Assembly: GCA_964016885.1 (NCBI GenBank)
Contig: OZ024763.1
Coordinates: forward strand, 15,066,001 to 15,130,000
DNA from: Eledone cirrhosa
Taxonomy: Eukaryota
Direction of reading: 5' to 3'
DNA: 64,000 nucleotides
Shown here: piece by piece, positions 38,213 to 53,721 of the stretch
How the letters are laid out: each line of letters begins with the position of its first letter
Position numbering within the stretch: the stretch's first letter is position 1
Notes under the pieces: generated by a model
Told to the model about the DNA's origin: nothing
Database searches by the model: none
Seen by the model: only the letters and a program-made list of their open reading frames with translations
Made by a program: the position numbers and the translations under genes

Positions 38213-38860
38213 ATATATATATATATATATATCTATATATTGTTATACTTGGGGAGGGTCATATTGTTGTAATAATATTACCAGAACACATATAACAGAA
38301 CACATATAACAGAAAACAAATAACAGAACACACTCACTGTTTGGTTGGTTTTCGCTTCTGTATCTTTTATATCTCCATAGTTAATTTATTTGTCAATCAA
38401 TGTTTATCATTGATTGACCACCGGTTAAAAATACAGATATAAATATAGTCTATCAAAGTTCTTTCGTTGCACATCTAACATCAGCAGTGGTACTATTATG
38501 TTTCCTCCTATTGTATTGTAATGTAATGTCTACGCCATTTTTATTTTATTTATACTTGTCCTCATCTCTGCGCATGCATTTGCATGTGTGTATAATGATT
38601 TCTAGTAGAGGCACAAGACCAGTAATTTGTGGGAGGGGAAAGTCGATTAAATCGACCCCAGTGTGTGACTGGTACTTTATTTCATTGACCCCCCCCCCCC
38701 CCCCCTCGTAAGGATGAAAAGCAAAGTTATCATCGACGGGATTTGAACTCAGACCGTAAAGGGCCGTAACTCTATGCTGAAAAGCATGGCATCCGACTTT
38801 CTACCGATACTGCCAATAGTGAGTATAACCGAAGTTGCAGCTGTAACAGGTTGGCAATCG

Positions 38861-38904
<44 letters not shown>

Positions 38905-40037
38905 AACAAGTAGGACCCCAACAGCTGAGCTCAAGCCGTTTCGACAGCTAATTCTGGACTGAATTAGCGGTCAAAACGCCAACCCACTACCCCTACTCCC
39001 ACTCCCACCAACACCACCCTCGCTGTAAAATTATGTTGGTACCACAACACCCAGTCCAAACTAAAGAGGTTGTGTAGGTGTCACGACAAAAAAAACACAG
39101 TCCACGCTGTAAAGTGGTCGTGTAGGAAACACGGTAAAAAGGCTCCCAGTCCACACTGTAAATGTGGTTGGTGTTAGGAAGGGTATCTCGCTGTCTTCTG
39201 TATTACTGCGACCCGACTCCCTATATACATATATATATTCATATACATATACATACATACATACATACATATATATATACATATACATACATATATATAT
39301 ACATATACATACATATATATATACATATATATACATTAATATACATACATATATATATATATATACATATACATATTCATATACACACATATATATATAT
39401 ACAGATCATCATCACCGATTTACGTTCGTTCTTCCACGCTAGCATGGGTTAGACGGGTTGTCCTGTGCTTTTTTGCCGTGGCACCTACACATCTACTTTA
39501 CAGTGTGGAGCAATTTGAAATAGAGTGTCTTGCTCAAGGAAACAACACATCACCTGGTCCGAGTATTGAACTCACAACCTTTCGATTGCAAGCCCAATTC
39601 TCTAACCACTAATCCATGTGCCTACATGCATATACAGATATTATATATTATACATACATATATTCATATACACACACACACAGATATCATCATCATCATC
39701 ATTTCATTTTACGTCTGCTTTTCCCTGCTTGCAAGGGTGGGACGGGAACTGATTCTGGCTTGATTTCTACAGCTGGATGCCCTTCCTAACACCAACCTCA
39801 TTTACAGTGAGTGCTGGGTGCTTTTTTGCCGAGGCACCTCCACGACCACTTGGCAGTGGAATGATAGGGACCCCAGTCCCTATCATCTCATTTCTACAGC
39901 TGAGTAAACTGAAGCAATGTGAAATAAACTGTCTTGCTCAAGGAAACAACACATCACCCGGTCTGAGAATTGAACTCACAACCTTTCGATTGCAACGCCA
40001 ATGCTCTAACCACTAAGCCATGTGCCTCCATGTACCT

Positions 40038-40079
<42 letters not shown>

Positions 40080-40482
40080 ATAATAAATTTGAAGATTAAA
40101 ATCCAAAGAGGGCTCGATAAGGATAAATATATATAAAAAATATAAGAACCCTAGAGCAAATATTTATTAAAATAACAGATTAAAGTTTATGTTATTTTAA
40201 TAATAAATAAATATATATATATATATATAAACAAACATAAATGTAATTTGGGGATGGACAGAAAATTGGCAAAAGCTTTCAAAGAATCAACATTAGTGAA
40301 AGCTGAGATCTGTTTCTATAAAAACCTGTAATTTGGGCCAATCCTAAATTGTTTTCACTTCAAACACCTCTGAAAACATTCATTAACAACTTACAAATTA
40401 ATAGAAATTATTTAAACCTGGCAGTATTTATTGTAGTAATTACAGCATAGAAGATCAATTTTAGCAGGCACAGCAACCTCTC

Positions 40483-41265
40483 TAGTGTTGGTGACCTACA
40501 CAATAAACACACCCCTGGTGTTGGTGACCTACACAATAAACACACCCCTGGTGTTGGTGACCTACACAATAAACACACCCTAGTGCTGGTGACCTACACA
40601 ATAAACACACCCCTGGTGTTGGTGACCTACACAATAAACACCCCCTAGTGCTGGTGACCTACACAATAAACACCCCCTAATGTTGGTGACTTACACAATA
40701 AACACCCCTGGTGTTGGTGACCTACACAATAAACACCCCCCTGGTATTGGTGACCTACACAATAAACACCCCCTGGTATTGGTGACCTACACAATAAACA
40801 CCCCTGGTATTGGTTACCTACAGAATAAACACCCCTGGTATTGGTCACCTACAGAATAAACACCCCCCTAGTGCTGGTGACCTACACAATAAACACCCCT
40901 GGTGTTGGTCACCTACAGAATAAACACACCCCTGGTATTGGTGATCTACACAGTAAACACCCCTAGTGTTGGTGACCTACACAGTAAACACACAAACACC
41001 CCTCGTGTTGGTGACCTACATAATAAACACCCCTCGTGTTGGTGACCTACACAATAAACACTCCTAGTGTTGGTGATCTACACAACAAACACCCCTGGTA
41101 TTGGTGATCAACACAATCAACACACCCCTAGTATTGGTGATCTGCGCAATAAACACACCCCTGGTATTGGGGACCTACACAAAAACACCCCTAGTGTTGG
41201 TGATCCCTAATATTGGGGATCTACCCAATAACCTGCCCCCCCCCCCCCCCCCTAGTGTTGGTGAT
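40483..41265. repeat. ~31-33-bp minisatellite
   Basis: gtgttggtgacctacacaataaacac(ac)ccct units. Confidence 0.9.
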
Positions 41266-41943
41266 TCAGTACAGAAATTAGATAATACTCATTCATTGTT
41301 TATTCAAAGTAACCCAACCTATGTTACTAACAGGATATAAAAATATATTCAGGACACAGTCCCACACTCCTCCCTTTATTGTATTACGATAACCATAGGC
41401 AGGGTCTTTCATTAGAAATATGGTAATGAAAAGGTCAACCCTTTAGCATTTACATTACTCTATATTTACTATTACATTTTCATGGTAAAGGCTTGACTTC
41501 ATATAATTATCTCACATAATGTCGAATCTATGAGATTTTGATATTATTTATTTTGAGAACAACATCTTAACATCAGTATGAGCAGCCAGTTATGGCCAGT
41601 TATGACCAGTTATGGCCAGTTTGAACAGAAAGAGGTGAGAGAATTCTGGCCGGATATGCTTGGTTTAAATGCTAAAGGGTTAAACCAGATTAAATGGCTT
41701 CAAACCAAACAACAAACAAAGTAGTAGTTACTGCTTGTTGTACGGCAGGAGATGTCTTCAGCACCAGACGGACAAGGGAGGAGCACACACGTTAGAGAGG
41801 TTCAGTGGGGGTTTACTGTTGCTGTAGACTGGTTGCGGGGGGGGGGGGGGGGGGGGGGGAATTGGAAGCGTTTACTGCATCAGTTAGTGTGCATGGTGAT
41901 GCAATTGGCTATCTACCTGCTCCAGAGGGACAAACGAACATGC

Positions 41944-42359
41944 ATGAGGCTCAGCTGAAAAGTTCATAGGCTGACTATGAAGGAGTGATGTTAGAGCTGT
42001 GAAATCTTGTGTGCATTAATTTCATCCCTTTTCATTAAGCCTCTAGCATTTAAACCAGCTGCATCTGGCCAGAATTCTTTCACCTCTTTCTGTTCAAACT
42101 GACCACTCATACTGATGTTAAGGTATTGTTCTCAAAATAAATAATATTAAAATCTCACAGATTCGATGTTATGTGAGATAATTATGTAAGATAAAGTCTA
42201 TACCCTGAAAGTACAATAGGAAATATAGAGTAATGTAAATGCTAAAAGATTAATGGCTATATTATTTCTTTCCAGGGACTATGTTAAAAAATAAACCTCA
42301 TGTAGTCATTCCATGAGAGTATCTTGAACAGCCTATGAACTTTACAACTGATACGTGTA
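41944..42359. mobile_element. Tc1/mariner-like MITE with a nested piggyBac-like MITE (42035-42253)
   Basis: tcagctgaaaagttcataggctg versus cagcctatgaactttacaactga inverted termini. Confidence 0.6.
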
Positions 42360-42524
42360 ACTGGAGTAATGTTGCTGTAGTCTCAATAGTGGGGGGAGGG
42401 GGTCGCTACTGCGCCAGTTAGCATGCATGTTGGTGCAGCTGGCAACCCTATATACATAGACAACAGAGCATGTCACACTAGACTGCTCCCATTTACTACA
42501 TGGATTAGTATGCATACTTATGCA

Positions 42525-45500
42525 GCTGGCTACCTACCCTGCATAGAAGGACACAAGAACACGTGCTACACTGCAGACCTTTACTGCACCAGTCAGTGTG
42601 AATACTGGCTACCTACTCTGCATAGAAGGACACAAGAACACGTGCTACACTGCAGTCCTTTACTGCACCAGTCGGTGTGAATACTGGCTACCTACTCTGC
42701 ATAGAAGGACACAAGAACACGTGCTACACTGCAGACCTTTACTGCACCAGTCGGTGTGAATACTGGCTACCTACTCTGCATAGAAGGACAAGAACACGTG
42801 CTAGACTGCAGACCTTTACTGCACCAGTCGGTGTGAATACTGGCTACCTACCCTGCATAGAAGGACACAAGAACACGTGCTACACTGCAGACCTTTACTG
42901 CACCAGTCGGTGTGAATACTGGCTACCTACTCTGCATAGAAGGACAAGAACACGTGCTACACTGCAGTCCTTTACTGCACCAGTCGGTGTGAATACTGGC
43001 TACCTACTCTGCATAGAAGGACACAAGAACACGTGCTACACTGCAGTCCTTTACTGCACCAGTCGGTGTGAATACTGGCTACCTACTCTGCATAGAAGGA
43101 CACAAGAACACGTGCTACACTGCAGACCTTTACTGCACCAGTCGGTGTGAATACTGGCTACCTACTCTGCATAGAAGGACAAGAACACGTGCTAGACTGC
43201 AGACCTTTACTGCACCAGTCGGTGTGAATACTGGCTACCTACCCTGCATAGAAGGACACAAGAACACGTGCTACACTGCAGACCTTTACTGCACCAGTCG
43301 GTGTGAATACTGGCTACCTACTCTGCATAGAAGGACAAGAACACGTGCTACACTGCAGTCCTTTACTGCACCAGTCGGTGTGAATACTGGCTACCTACTC
43401 TGCATAGAAGGACAAGAACACGTGCTACACTGCAGTCCTTTACTGCACCAGTCAGTGTGAATACTGGCTACCTACCCTGCATAGAAGGACACAAGAACAT
43501 GTGCTACACTGCAGTCCTTTACTGCACCAGTCGGTGTGAATACTGGCTACCTACCCTGCATAGAAGGACAAGAACACGTGCTACACTGCAGTCCTTTACT
43601 GCACCAGTCGGTGTGAATACTGGCTACCTACCCTGCATAAAAGGACAAGAACACGTGCTACACTGCAGTCCTTTACTGCACCAGTCAGTGTGAATACTGG
43701 CTACCTACCCTGCATAGAAGGACACAAGAACATGTGCTACACTGCAGTCCTTTACTGCACCAGTCAGTGTGAATACTGGCTACCTACCCTGCATAGAAGG
43801 ACAAGAACACGTGCTACACTGCAGTCCTTTACTGCACCAGTCGGTGTGAATACTGGCTACCTACTCTGCATAGAAGGACACAAGAACATGTGCTACACTG
43901 CAGTCCTTTACTGCACCAGTCGGTGTGAATACTGGCTACCTACCCTGCATAGAAGGACACAAGAACACGTGCTAGACTGCAGTCCTTTACTGCACCAGTC
44001 GGTGTGAATACTGGCTACCTACCCTGCATAGAAGGACACAAGAACACGTGCTACACTGCAGACCTTTACTGCACCAGTCGGTGTGAATACTGGCTACCTA
44101 CCCTGCATAGAAGGACACAAGAACACGTGCTACACTGCAGACCTTTACTGCACCAGTCGGTGTGAATACTGGCTACCTACCCTGCATAGAAGGACACAAG
44201 AACATGTGCTACACTGCAGACCTTTACTGCACCAGTCGGTGTGAATACTGGCTACCTACTCTGCATAGAAGGACAAGAACACGTGCTACACTGCAGACCT
44301 TTACTGCACCAGTCGGTGTGAATACTGGCTACCTACCCTGCATAGAAGGACACAAGAACATGTGCTACACTGCAGTCCTTTACTGCACCAGTCGGTGTGA
44401 ATACTGGCTACCTACTCTGCATAGAAGGACAAGAACATGTGCTACACTGCAGTCCTTTACTGCACCAGTCGGTGTGAATACTGGCTACCTACTCTGCATA
44501 GAAGGACACAAGAACACGTGCTACACTGCAGACCTTTACTGCACCAGTCGGTGTGAATACTGGCTACCTACTCTGCATAGAAGGACACAAGAACACGTGC
44601 TACACTGCAGACCTTTACTGCACCAGTCGGTGTGAATACTGGCTACCTACTCTGCATAGAAGGACACAAGAACACGTGCTACACTGCAGACCTTTACTGC
44701 ACCAGTCGGTGTGAATACTGGCTACCTACTCTGCATAGAAGGACAAGAACATGTGCTACACTGCAGTCCTTTACTGCACCAGTCGGTGTGAATACTGGCT
44801 ACCTACTCTGCATAGAAGGACACAAGAACACGTGCTACACTGCAGACCTTTACTGCACCAGTCGGTGTGAATACTGGCTACCTACTCTGCATAGAAGGAC
44901 AAGAACATGTGCTACACTGCAGTCCTTTACTGCACCAGTCGGTGTGAATACTGGCTACCTACTCTGCATAGAAGGACACAAGAACACGTGCTACACTGCA
45001 GACCTTTACTGCACCAGTCGGTGTGAATACTGGCTACCTACTCTGCATAGAAGGACAAGAACATGTGCTACACTGCAGTCCTTTACTGCACCAGTCGGTG
45101 TGAATACTGGCTACCTACCCTGCATAGAAGGACACAAGAACACGTGCTACACTGCAGTCCTTTACTGCACCAGTCGGTGCGAATACTGGCTACCTACCCT
45201 GCATAGAAGGACAAGAACACATGCTACACTGCAGTCCTTTACTGCACCAGTCGGTGCGAATACTGGCTACCTACCCTGCATAGAAGGACAAGAACATGTG
45301 CTACACTGCAGTCCTTTACTGCACCAGTCGGTGTGAATACTGGCTACCTACCCTGCATAGAAGGACAAGAACACGTGCTACACTGCAGTCCTTTACTGCA
45401 CCAGTCGGTGTGAATACTGGCTACCTACTCTGCATAGAAGGACAAGAACACGTGCTACACTGCAGTCCTTTACTGCACCAGTCGGTGTGAATACTGGCTA

Positions 45501-47848
45501 CCTACTCTGCATAGAAGGACAAGAACACGTGCTACACTGCAGACCTTTACTGCACCAGTCGGTGCGAATACTGGCTACCTACCCTGCATAGAAGGACAAG
45601 AACATGTGCTACACTGCAGTCCTTTACTGCACCAGTCGGTGTGAATACTGGCTACCTACTCTGCATAGAAGGACAAGAACACGTGCTACACTGCAGTCCT
45701 TTACTGCACCAGTCGGTGTGAATACTGGCTACCTACTCTGCATAGAAGGACAAGAACACGTGCTACACTGCAGACCTTTACTGCACCAGTCGGTGCGAAT
45801 ACTGGCTACCTACCCTGCATAGAAGGACAAGAACACGTGCTACACTGCAGTCCTTTACTGCACCACTCGGTGTGAATACTGGCTACCTACCCTGCATAGA
45901 AGGACACAAGAACACGTGCTACACTGCAGTCCTTTACTGCACCAGTCGGTGTGAATACTGGCTACCTACTCTGCATAGAAGGACAAGAACACGTGCTACA
46001 CTGCAGACCTTTACTGCACCAGTCGGTGCGAATACTGGCTACCTACCCTGCATAGAAGGACAAGAACATGTGCTACACTGCAGTCCTTTACTGCACCAGT
46101 CGGTGTGAATACTGGCTACCTACTCTGCATAGAAGGACAAGAACACGTGCTACACTGCAGTCCTTTACTGCACCAGTCGGTGTGAATACTGGCTACCTAC
46201 TCTGCATAGAAGGACAAGAACACGTGCTACACTGCAGACCTTTACTGCACCAGTCGGTGCGAATACTGGCTACCTACCCTGCATAGAAGGACAAGAACAC
46301 GTGCTACACTGCAGACCTTTACTGCACCACTCGGTGTGAATACTGGCTACCTACCCTGCATAGAAGGACACAAGAACACGTGCTACACTGCAGTCCTTTA
46401 CTGCACCAGTCGGTGTGAATACTGGCTACCTACTCTGCATAGAAGGACAAGAACACGTGCTACACTGCAGACCTTTACTGCACCAGTCGGTGCGAATACT
46501 GGCTACCTACCCTGCATAGAAGGACAAGAACACGTGCTACACTGCAGTCCTTTACTGCACCACTCGGTGTGAATACTGGCTACCTACCCTGCATAGAAGG
46601 ACACAAGAACACGTGCTACACTGCAGTCCTTTACTGCACCAGTCGGTGCGAATACTGGCTACCTACCCTGCATAGAAGGACAAGAACACATGCTACACTG
46701 CAGTCCTTTACTGCACCAGTCGGTGCGAATACTGGCTACCTACCCTGCATAGAAGGACACAAGAACACGTGCTACACTGCAGTCCTTTACTGCACCAGTC
46801 GGTGCGAATACTGGCTACCTACCCTGCATAGAAGGACAAGAACACATGCTACACTGCAGTCCTTTACTGCACCAGTCGGTGCGAATACTGGCTACCTACC
46901 CTGCATAGAAGGACAAGAACATGTGCTACACTGCAGTCCTTTACTGCACCAGTCGGTGTGAATACTGGCTACCTACCCTGCATAGAAGGACACAAGAACA
47001 TGTGCTACACTGCAGTCCTTTACTGCACCAGTCGGTGTGAATACTGGCTACCTACTCTGCATAGAAGGACAAGAACACGTGCTACACTGCAGACCTTTAC
47101 TGCACCAGTCGGTGTGAATACTGGCTACCTACCCTGCATAGAAGGACAAGAACACGTGCTACACTGCAGTCCTTTACTGCACCAGTCAGTGTGAATACTG
47201 GCTACCTACCCTGCATAGAAGGACAAGAACACGTGCTACACTGCAGTCCTTTACTGCACCAGTCAGTGTGAATACTGGCTACCTACCCTGCATAGAAGGA
47301 CAAGAACATGTGCTACACTGCAGTCCTTTACTGCACCAGTCGGTGTGAATACTGGCTACCTACTCTGCATAGAAGGACAAGAACACGTGCTACACTGCAG
47401 TCCTTTACTGCACCAGTCAGTGTGAATACTGGCTACCTACCCTGCATAGAAGGACACAAGAACATGTGCTAGACTGCAGTCCTTTACTGCACCAGTCGGT
47501 GTGAATACTGGCTACCTACTCTGCATAGAAGGACACAAGAACACGTGCTACACTGCAGACCTTTACTGCACCAGTCGGTGTGAATACTGGCTACCTACCC
47601 TGCATAGAAGGACACAAGAACATGTGCTAGACTGCAGTCCTTTACTGCACCAGTCGGTGTGAATACTGGCTACCTACCCTGCATAGAAGGACACAAGAAC
47701 ATGTGCTAGACTGCAGTCCTTTACTGCACCAGTCGGTGTGAATACTGGCTACCTACTCTGCATAGAAGGACACAAGAACACGTGCTACACTGCAGACCTT
47801 TACTGCACCAGTCGGTGTGAATACTGGCTACCTACCCTGCATAGAAGG
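42525..47848. repeat. 77/79-bp satellite, ~68 near-identical copies
   Basis: Unit ctggctaccta(c/t)..tgcatagaaggac(ac)aagaacacgtgctacactgcag(a/t)cctttactgcaccagtcggtgtgaata. Confidence 0.97.
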
Positions 47849-47912
47849 GACAACAGGCCTCACGCAAGGGAGAGAAGAAATGGGGTGATGTATGTAGCTA
47901 CAATATATTTCA

Positions 47913-47944
<32 letters not shown>

Positions 47945-48081
47945 CCCATACGTACATATGTATATGCATATATATATATATATATATCTGTGTGTGTTTC
48001 GGCCAGTATTGGCCCAGGCCATGTGTGTATATATATATATACATACACACATGGCCGATATTACTTCTTGTTGTTTTAATT

Positions 48082-48119
48082 GCCCTGATGAGTCCTTAAT
48101 AGGACGAAACATTGTCGGC
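48082..48119 (+). ncRNA. Minimal type I hammerhead ribozyme
   Basis: GCC-CUGAUGA-GUCCU uaau AGGAC-GAAA-CAUUG-UC|GGC, followed by AATAAA at 48121. Confidence 0.85.
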
Positions 48120-48266
48120 TAATAAAAACTTTTGATGTATTAAAGGCTTCTTTGTTTTACTCTCTTAATTTTTTGGCTCTGTTTAACTGCATTGAGCTAT
48201 ACCTTTTACTGTCATTTCTATAATATGAAGAGGGTGTTTAACTCCAACACGCTCCAGTATTTTAAT

Positions 48267-48307
<41 letters not shown>

Positions 48308-48347
48308 TAACAACAAAGAGCGCTCAGAACATAGGTATATCTTTAAT

Positions 48348-48393
48348 TGCTAACAGTGTTTCGTCCACACTAGAAGTGGGACTCTTCAGAGCA
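48348..48393 (-). ncRNA. Minimal type I hammerhead ribozyme
   Basis: UGCU-CUGAAGA-GUCC CACU ucu AGUG u GGAC-GAAA-CACUG-UU|AGCA, followed by ATTAAA. Confidence 0.85.
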
Positions 48394-48512
48394 TAAAGAG
48401 TGAATACATAGTATACAAGCATTGACAAAGCCAAAACAGAAGAATATATGTGGGGATCCCATAAGTTGGGAGGAGTTTGATAAGTGGAGTGTTACACACT
48501 CCCAATTCTCTC

Positions 48513-48555
<43 letters not shown>

Positions 48556-48601
48556 CAAGAAAACGAAAAATCAGTGCTGCATCTGGACTTAGTTTATTTC
48601 C

Positions 48602-48688
48602 TGTTACAGTTGTTTCGCCGGCATGTAGCTCGAGTCATGGTCCTTGTATGGATCTGGCTGATTCTACTTCTGCGGGTTCTTTCAGACA
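48602..48688 (-). ncRNA. Hammerhead-like fold with ~60-nt helix II and a 1-nt core insertion
   Basis: UGU-CUGAAAGA-[long imperfect stem]-GAAA-CAACUG-UA|ACA, followed by AATAAA. Confidence 0.5.
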
Positions 48689-48951
48689 CGTCTGTTATGT
48701 CCGGAGCAAATTTTATCACTTATAATAAATATATACACTCTTCTCTGATGAATATCGAGTGCTAATTTTGGCATACCGCCTATGGAAGCACCATAGCTAC
48801 CACTATACACATTATATATATATATAGGCATACATATATACGTATAAATTAGTTACAACAGTGACATATCTTTTCATATTACCCACTCTACTACCCCAAG
48901 TATTGAGTACTCTGGTGCGTTATGGTCCACCTGGTATCTTACCACACTCGA

Positions 48952-49094
<143 letters not shown>

Positions 49095-50379
49095 AAGGCA
49101 CATGGTTTAGTGGTTAGAGCATTGGGCTTGCAATCGAAAGGTTGTGAGTTCAATTCTCAGACCGAGTGATGTGTTGTTTCCTTGAGCAAGACACTTTATT
49201 TCAAATTGCTCCAGTTTACTCAGCTGTAGGAATGAGATGATAGGGACTGGGGTCCCTATCATTCCACTGCAAAGTGGTCGTGGAGGTGCCACGGCAAAAT
49301 AGCACCCAGCACTCACTGTAAATGAGGTTGGTGTTAGGAAGGGCATCCAGCTGTAGAAATCAAGCCAGAATCAGTTCCCATTCAACCCTTGCAAGCAGGG
49401 AAAAGTGGACGTAAAATGATGATGATGATGATGATGATGAAATGATATATATATATATATATATATAGTCCTATATGAGCGAGACACAGTCACCCGACCA
49501 ATCTTGCCTCAATTCCCGTCTGACCCATGCTAGCATGGAATATAGACGTTGAACGATGATAAATATATATATATATATATACAGAGAGAGAGAGTGGGGG
49601 TAGTGTTGTACCCTTCACTAAGCTGGTTTTGGTGGCAGATGGGTGAGGGGGGGGGGGGACATTCTGCTCCTCCCTACAAACATAGGGACTGGGGGTGGGG
49701 ACCACGGGGGGCGGGGGTACTGATTGTGGACAGTCGGTGGGGGAGATGTAAAGTGACTCAGACAGACACACCCCTGCCCTTAACGCGCTTGCGTGCGTGT
49801 GTACACACACACACACACACACACACATGCTTACACTCGTACACAAACATACACTCACTCACGTACATGCGTACATGAATATACAAATACATACACACAC
49901 ACATATACCATACAAGGCACATTTACACACATATACACAGGCACTTACACATGCCACAAACACACATATGCACGCACACCATGACACACACACACACACA
50001 CATATATACGGCCATACACACACTCACACGCCCAATTATACACACACTCACACGCCCAATTATACACACACATGTATACATATACACACACACATATATA
50101 TATATATGCACTCACACCATGACACATTCACACATACACACACACATATATATGCACTACACTGACACATCACACACATACACATGTATACATACACACA
50201 CACACATATATATGCACTCACACACACACATGTATACATATACACACACTCACATGCCCCATAAGACACACATAAACACATATACACACACATATATGTA
50301 TACATATATACATACACCCAAGCTTACTCACTGATAAACACTTACACTGACCCAGAATTTGTTCTACTTGACCAATCAC

Positions 50380-52540
50380 CCCACCACCAACACCATTACC
50401 ACCACCACTAATGCTACTATCAACACCACCACCACCACCACCAGAACTAATGCTACTATCAACACCACCACCAACAACACCATCATCACATCCACCACCA
50501 ACACCACAACTGCAACCACCAACAGCACCACGACTAATGCCACTATCAACACCACCACCAACACCATCATCACAACCACCACCAACACCATCACAACTAA
50601 TGCCACTATCAACACCACCACCATCAACAACAACAACAACAACACCACCAACACCACAACTGCAACCACCACCAACAACACCACAACTGCAACCACCACC
50701 ACCAACACCACTATCAACACCACCACCACTACCACCAATAACAACAACATCACCACCACCAACACCACAACTGCAACCACCACCAGCACCACGACTAATG
50801 CCACTATCAACACCACCACCAACACCATCATCACAACCACCACCACCGCCATCACTAATGCCACTATCAACACCACCACCACCAACAACAACAACATCAT
50901 CACAACCACCACCACCACTACTACCACCATCATCACAACCACCAACAACAACATCACCACCAACAACATCATCATCATCATCACTATCACCACCAACACC
51001 ACAGCTGCAACCACCACTACCACCACCACCACCACCACTAACCACTATCAAAAACACCCCCCCACCAGCAACAACAATTATCACTACAACCACCACCAAC
51101 AACCACCACCACCACTGCTACTAACAACATCATCACCACCACAATCATGACCCCACTACCACCACCACCACCACCACCCCATTACCACCACCACCACTAA
51201 CACCATCACCAAATCTCCTTTAAACCACACCCTAATATTATAAATAGAATAAAACCTATAAATTGCAGCATGTAGTCATACATAGCCTAAAAATGGACAG
51301 GATGGTCATGGCTGGGACACATTTTGGTTAAAGGTCTGCTTATTCAGGGTGGACCTGGGGCTAAATAACACCGCCCTCATCACCACAAGCAGTAGCACTG
51401 CCCCACCATCACTACTACCAGCATTATCAATTGCCTCACAACCAGCACCATCACCACCACCAAAACCATACACACCACCATCACCACCATCACCAAACTC
51501 ACCATCACCACCACCAAAACCATACTCACCACCACCAGCATAATCAATTGCTTCACAACCAACACCATCACCAAACTCACCACCACCACCACCAAACTCA
51601 CTACCACCACCAAACTCACCATCACCACCACCAAACTCACCATCACCACCACCAAACTCACTATCACCACCACCAAACTAACCATCACCACCAAACTCAC
51701 CACCACCACCAAACTCACCATCACCACCACCAAACTCACCATCACCACCACCAAACTCACTACCACCACCAAACTCACCATCACCACCACCAAACTCACC
51801 ACCACCACCACCAAACTCACTACCACCACCAAACTCACCATCACCACCACCAAACTCACTATCACCACCACCAAACTAACCATCACCACCAAACTCACCA
51901 AACTCACCATCACCACCACCAAACTCACCATCACCACCACCAAACTCACCATCACCACCACCAAACTCACTACCACCACCAAACTCACCACCATCACCAT
52001 CACCACCACCAAACTCACCATCACCACCACCACCAAACTCACCATCACCAGTTCCCTCACCACAACCACCATAACCACCAGTCCCTCCACCTCAACCAAC
52101 ACTAGCAAAATCACCAGCTGCACTAACACACCACTACCATTCACCCGCTCAACAACCATTACTGCCACCACCACCACCATCATACCTCACAACAACCACC
52201 ACCACCACTACTGCAGTCCCCATCTTTCCCTCCACCACCACCATTACTACCTCCTCCATCACTACCAGCTCCACAATCATTACCACCACCACCACCACCA
52301 CTAGTTACCACCACTACCACACCACCACTACAATTACCACCACTACCACACCACCACACCACATAACCACCACCACAACACCCCCACACTACCACCACCA
52401 CTACAATTACCACCACCACCACCACCACCACTACACAACACCCCCACAGCAACACTACCACCACACCAGTACCACAATAACCAACACCACACCACAATAC
52501 TACCACCACCACACCACCACACCATCACCACCACCACCAC
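50380..52540. repeat. (ACC/AAC/ATC)n cryptic trinucleotide field with a ~18-21-bp minisatellite
   Basis: All frames give homopolymer-like T/P/H/V/G peptides. Confidence 0.85.
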
Positions 52541-52781
52541 AATGCATATCTCTATTAAACTATCTAAGAACAGCAGCTGTTCAGAAATTACATATTGTTA
52601 TACCACACTGGTGTGGTGGTGGTGTTGTAGAGGTGGTGGTGTGTTTTAGCATACATATACATATATCATTCATATATATATATATATATATATATGAATG
52701 ATATATGTATATGTATGCTAAAACACACCACTCATGTACCTTCTCTCATTGCTATGATATATATATATATATATATATATA

Positions 52782-53201
52782 CTGGACCGTGACCTTTGGC
52801 GGTACTCAGTAACAGAGAAGACCCGCCTTGCCAGTAGGCATATCTAACAAAATACACCCCTCCCGCCGCCACCCCCACCCCATCCACACCACCCCGTTCT
52901 ATGTAAAGTTATGTTGGTGCCGCGCCATCCAGGCCGAAACAAATGAGATCGTGTAGGTGTCACGACAAAAAAACACACAGTCCACGCTGTAATGTGGCCG
53001 TGTAGGCAACACGGTAAAAACCTCCCAGACCCACACTGTAAATGTGGTTGGTGTTAGGAAGGGCATCCAACTGTAGAAAACCTGCCAGACAGTCCTATGC
53101 GAGCAAGACAATCACTCTTGCCTCAAGTGGGACTACCCCCGTCCAAACCCATGCAAGCGTGGAACACGGACGTTAAACGTTGATGATGATGATGATGATG
53201 A

Positions 53202-53205
<4 letters not shown>
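52782..53205 (+). mobile_element. RTE-tailed SINE-like element inserted in (TA)n
   Basis: Inverse of 2605-3012; (TA)n on both sides. Confidence 0.8.
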
Positions 53206-53244
<39 letters not shown>

Positions 53245-53673
53245 TAGATATATATATATAGATAGATATATATATCATAGCAATGAGAGAAGGCACATAA
53301 TAAATTATGTCAGATAATAGGGGATATATATATATGGTGGTGATATATATATATGTATATGTATATAATACACACACACATATGTATGTATGTGTGTATA
53401 TATATCATCATCATCATCATTTCATTTTACGTCCACTTTTTCCCTGCTTGCAAGGGTGGGACGGGAACTGATTCTGGCTTGATTTCTACAGCTGGATGCC
53501 CTTCCTAACACCAACCTCATTTACAGTGAGTGCTGGGTGCTTTTTTGCCGTGGCACCTCCACGACCACTTTGCAGTGGAATGATAGGGACCCCAGTCCCT
53601 ATCATCTCATTTCTACAGCTGAGTAAACTGGAGCAATGTGAAATAAAGTGTCTTGCTCAAGGAAACAACACAT

Positions 53674-53721
<48 letters not shown>

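Noticed and set aside
42677-47944. Cys/His-rich repeat ORFs, or a CRISPR-like array
   Set aside because: 77/79-bp units shift frame continually; there are no unique spacers and no cas genes, and the context is eukaryotic.
50218-52540. Mucin-, extensin- or His-rich protein ORFs
   Set aside because: (ACC)n-type repeats are open in several frames on both strands; no signal peptide or supported splice sites.
52782-52825. Twister or pistol ribozyme at the SINE 5' end
   Set aside because: Only superficial similarity and conserved core elements are missing; kept only as a pseudoknot candidate.
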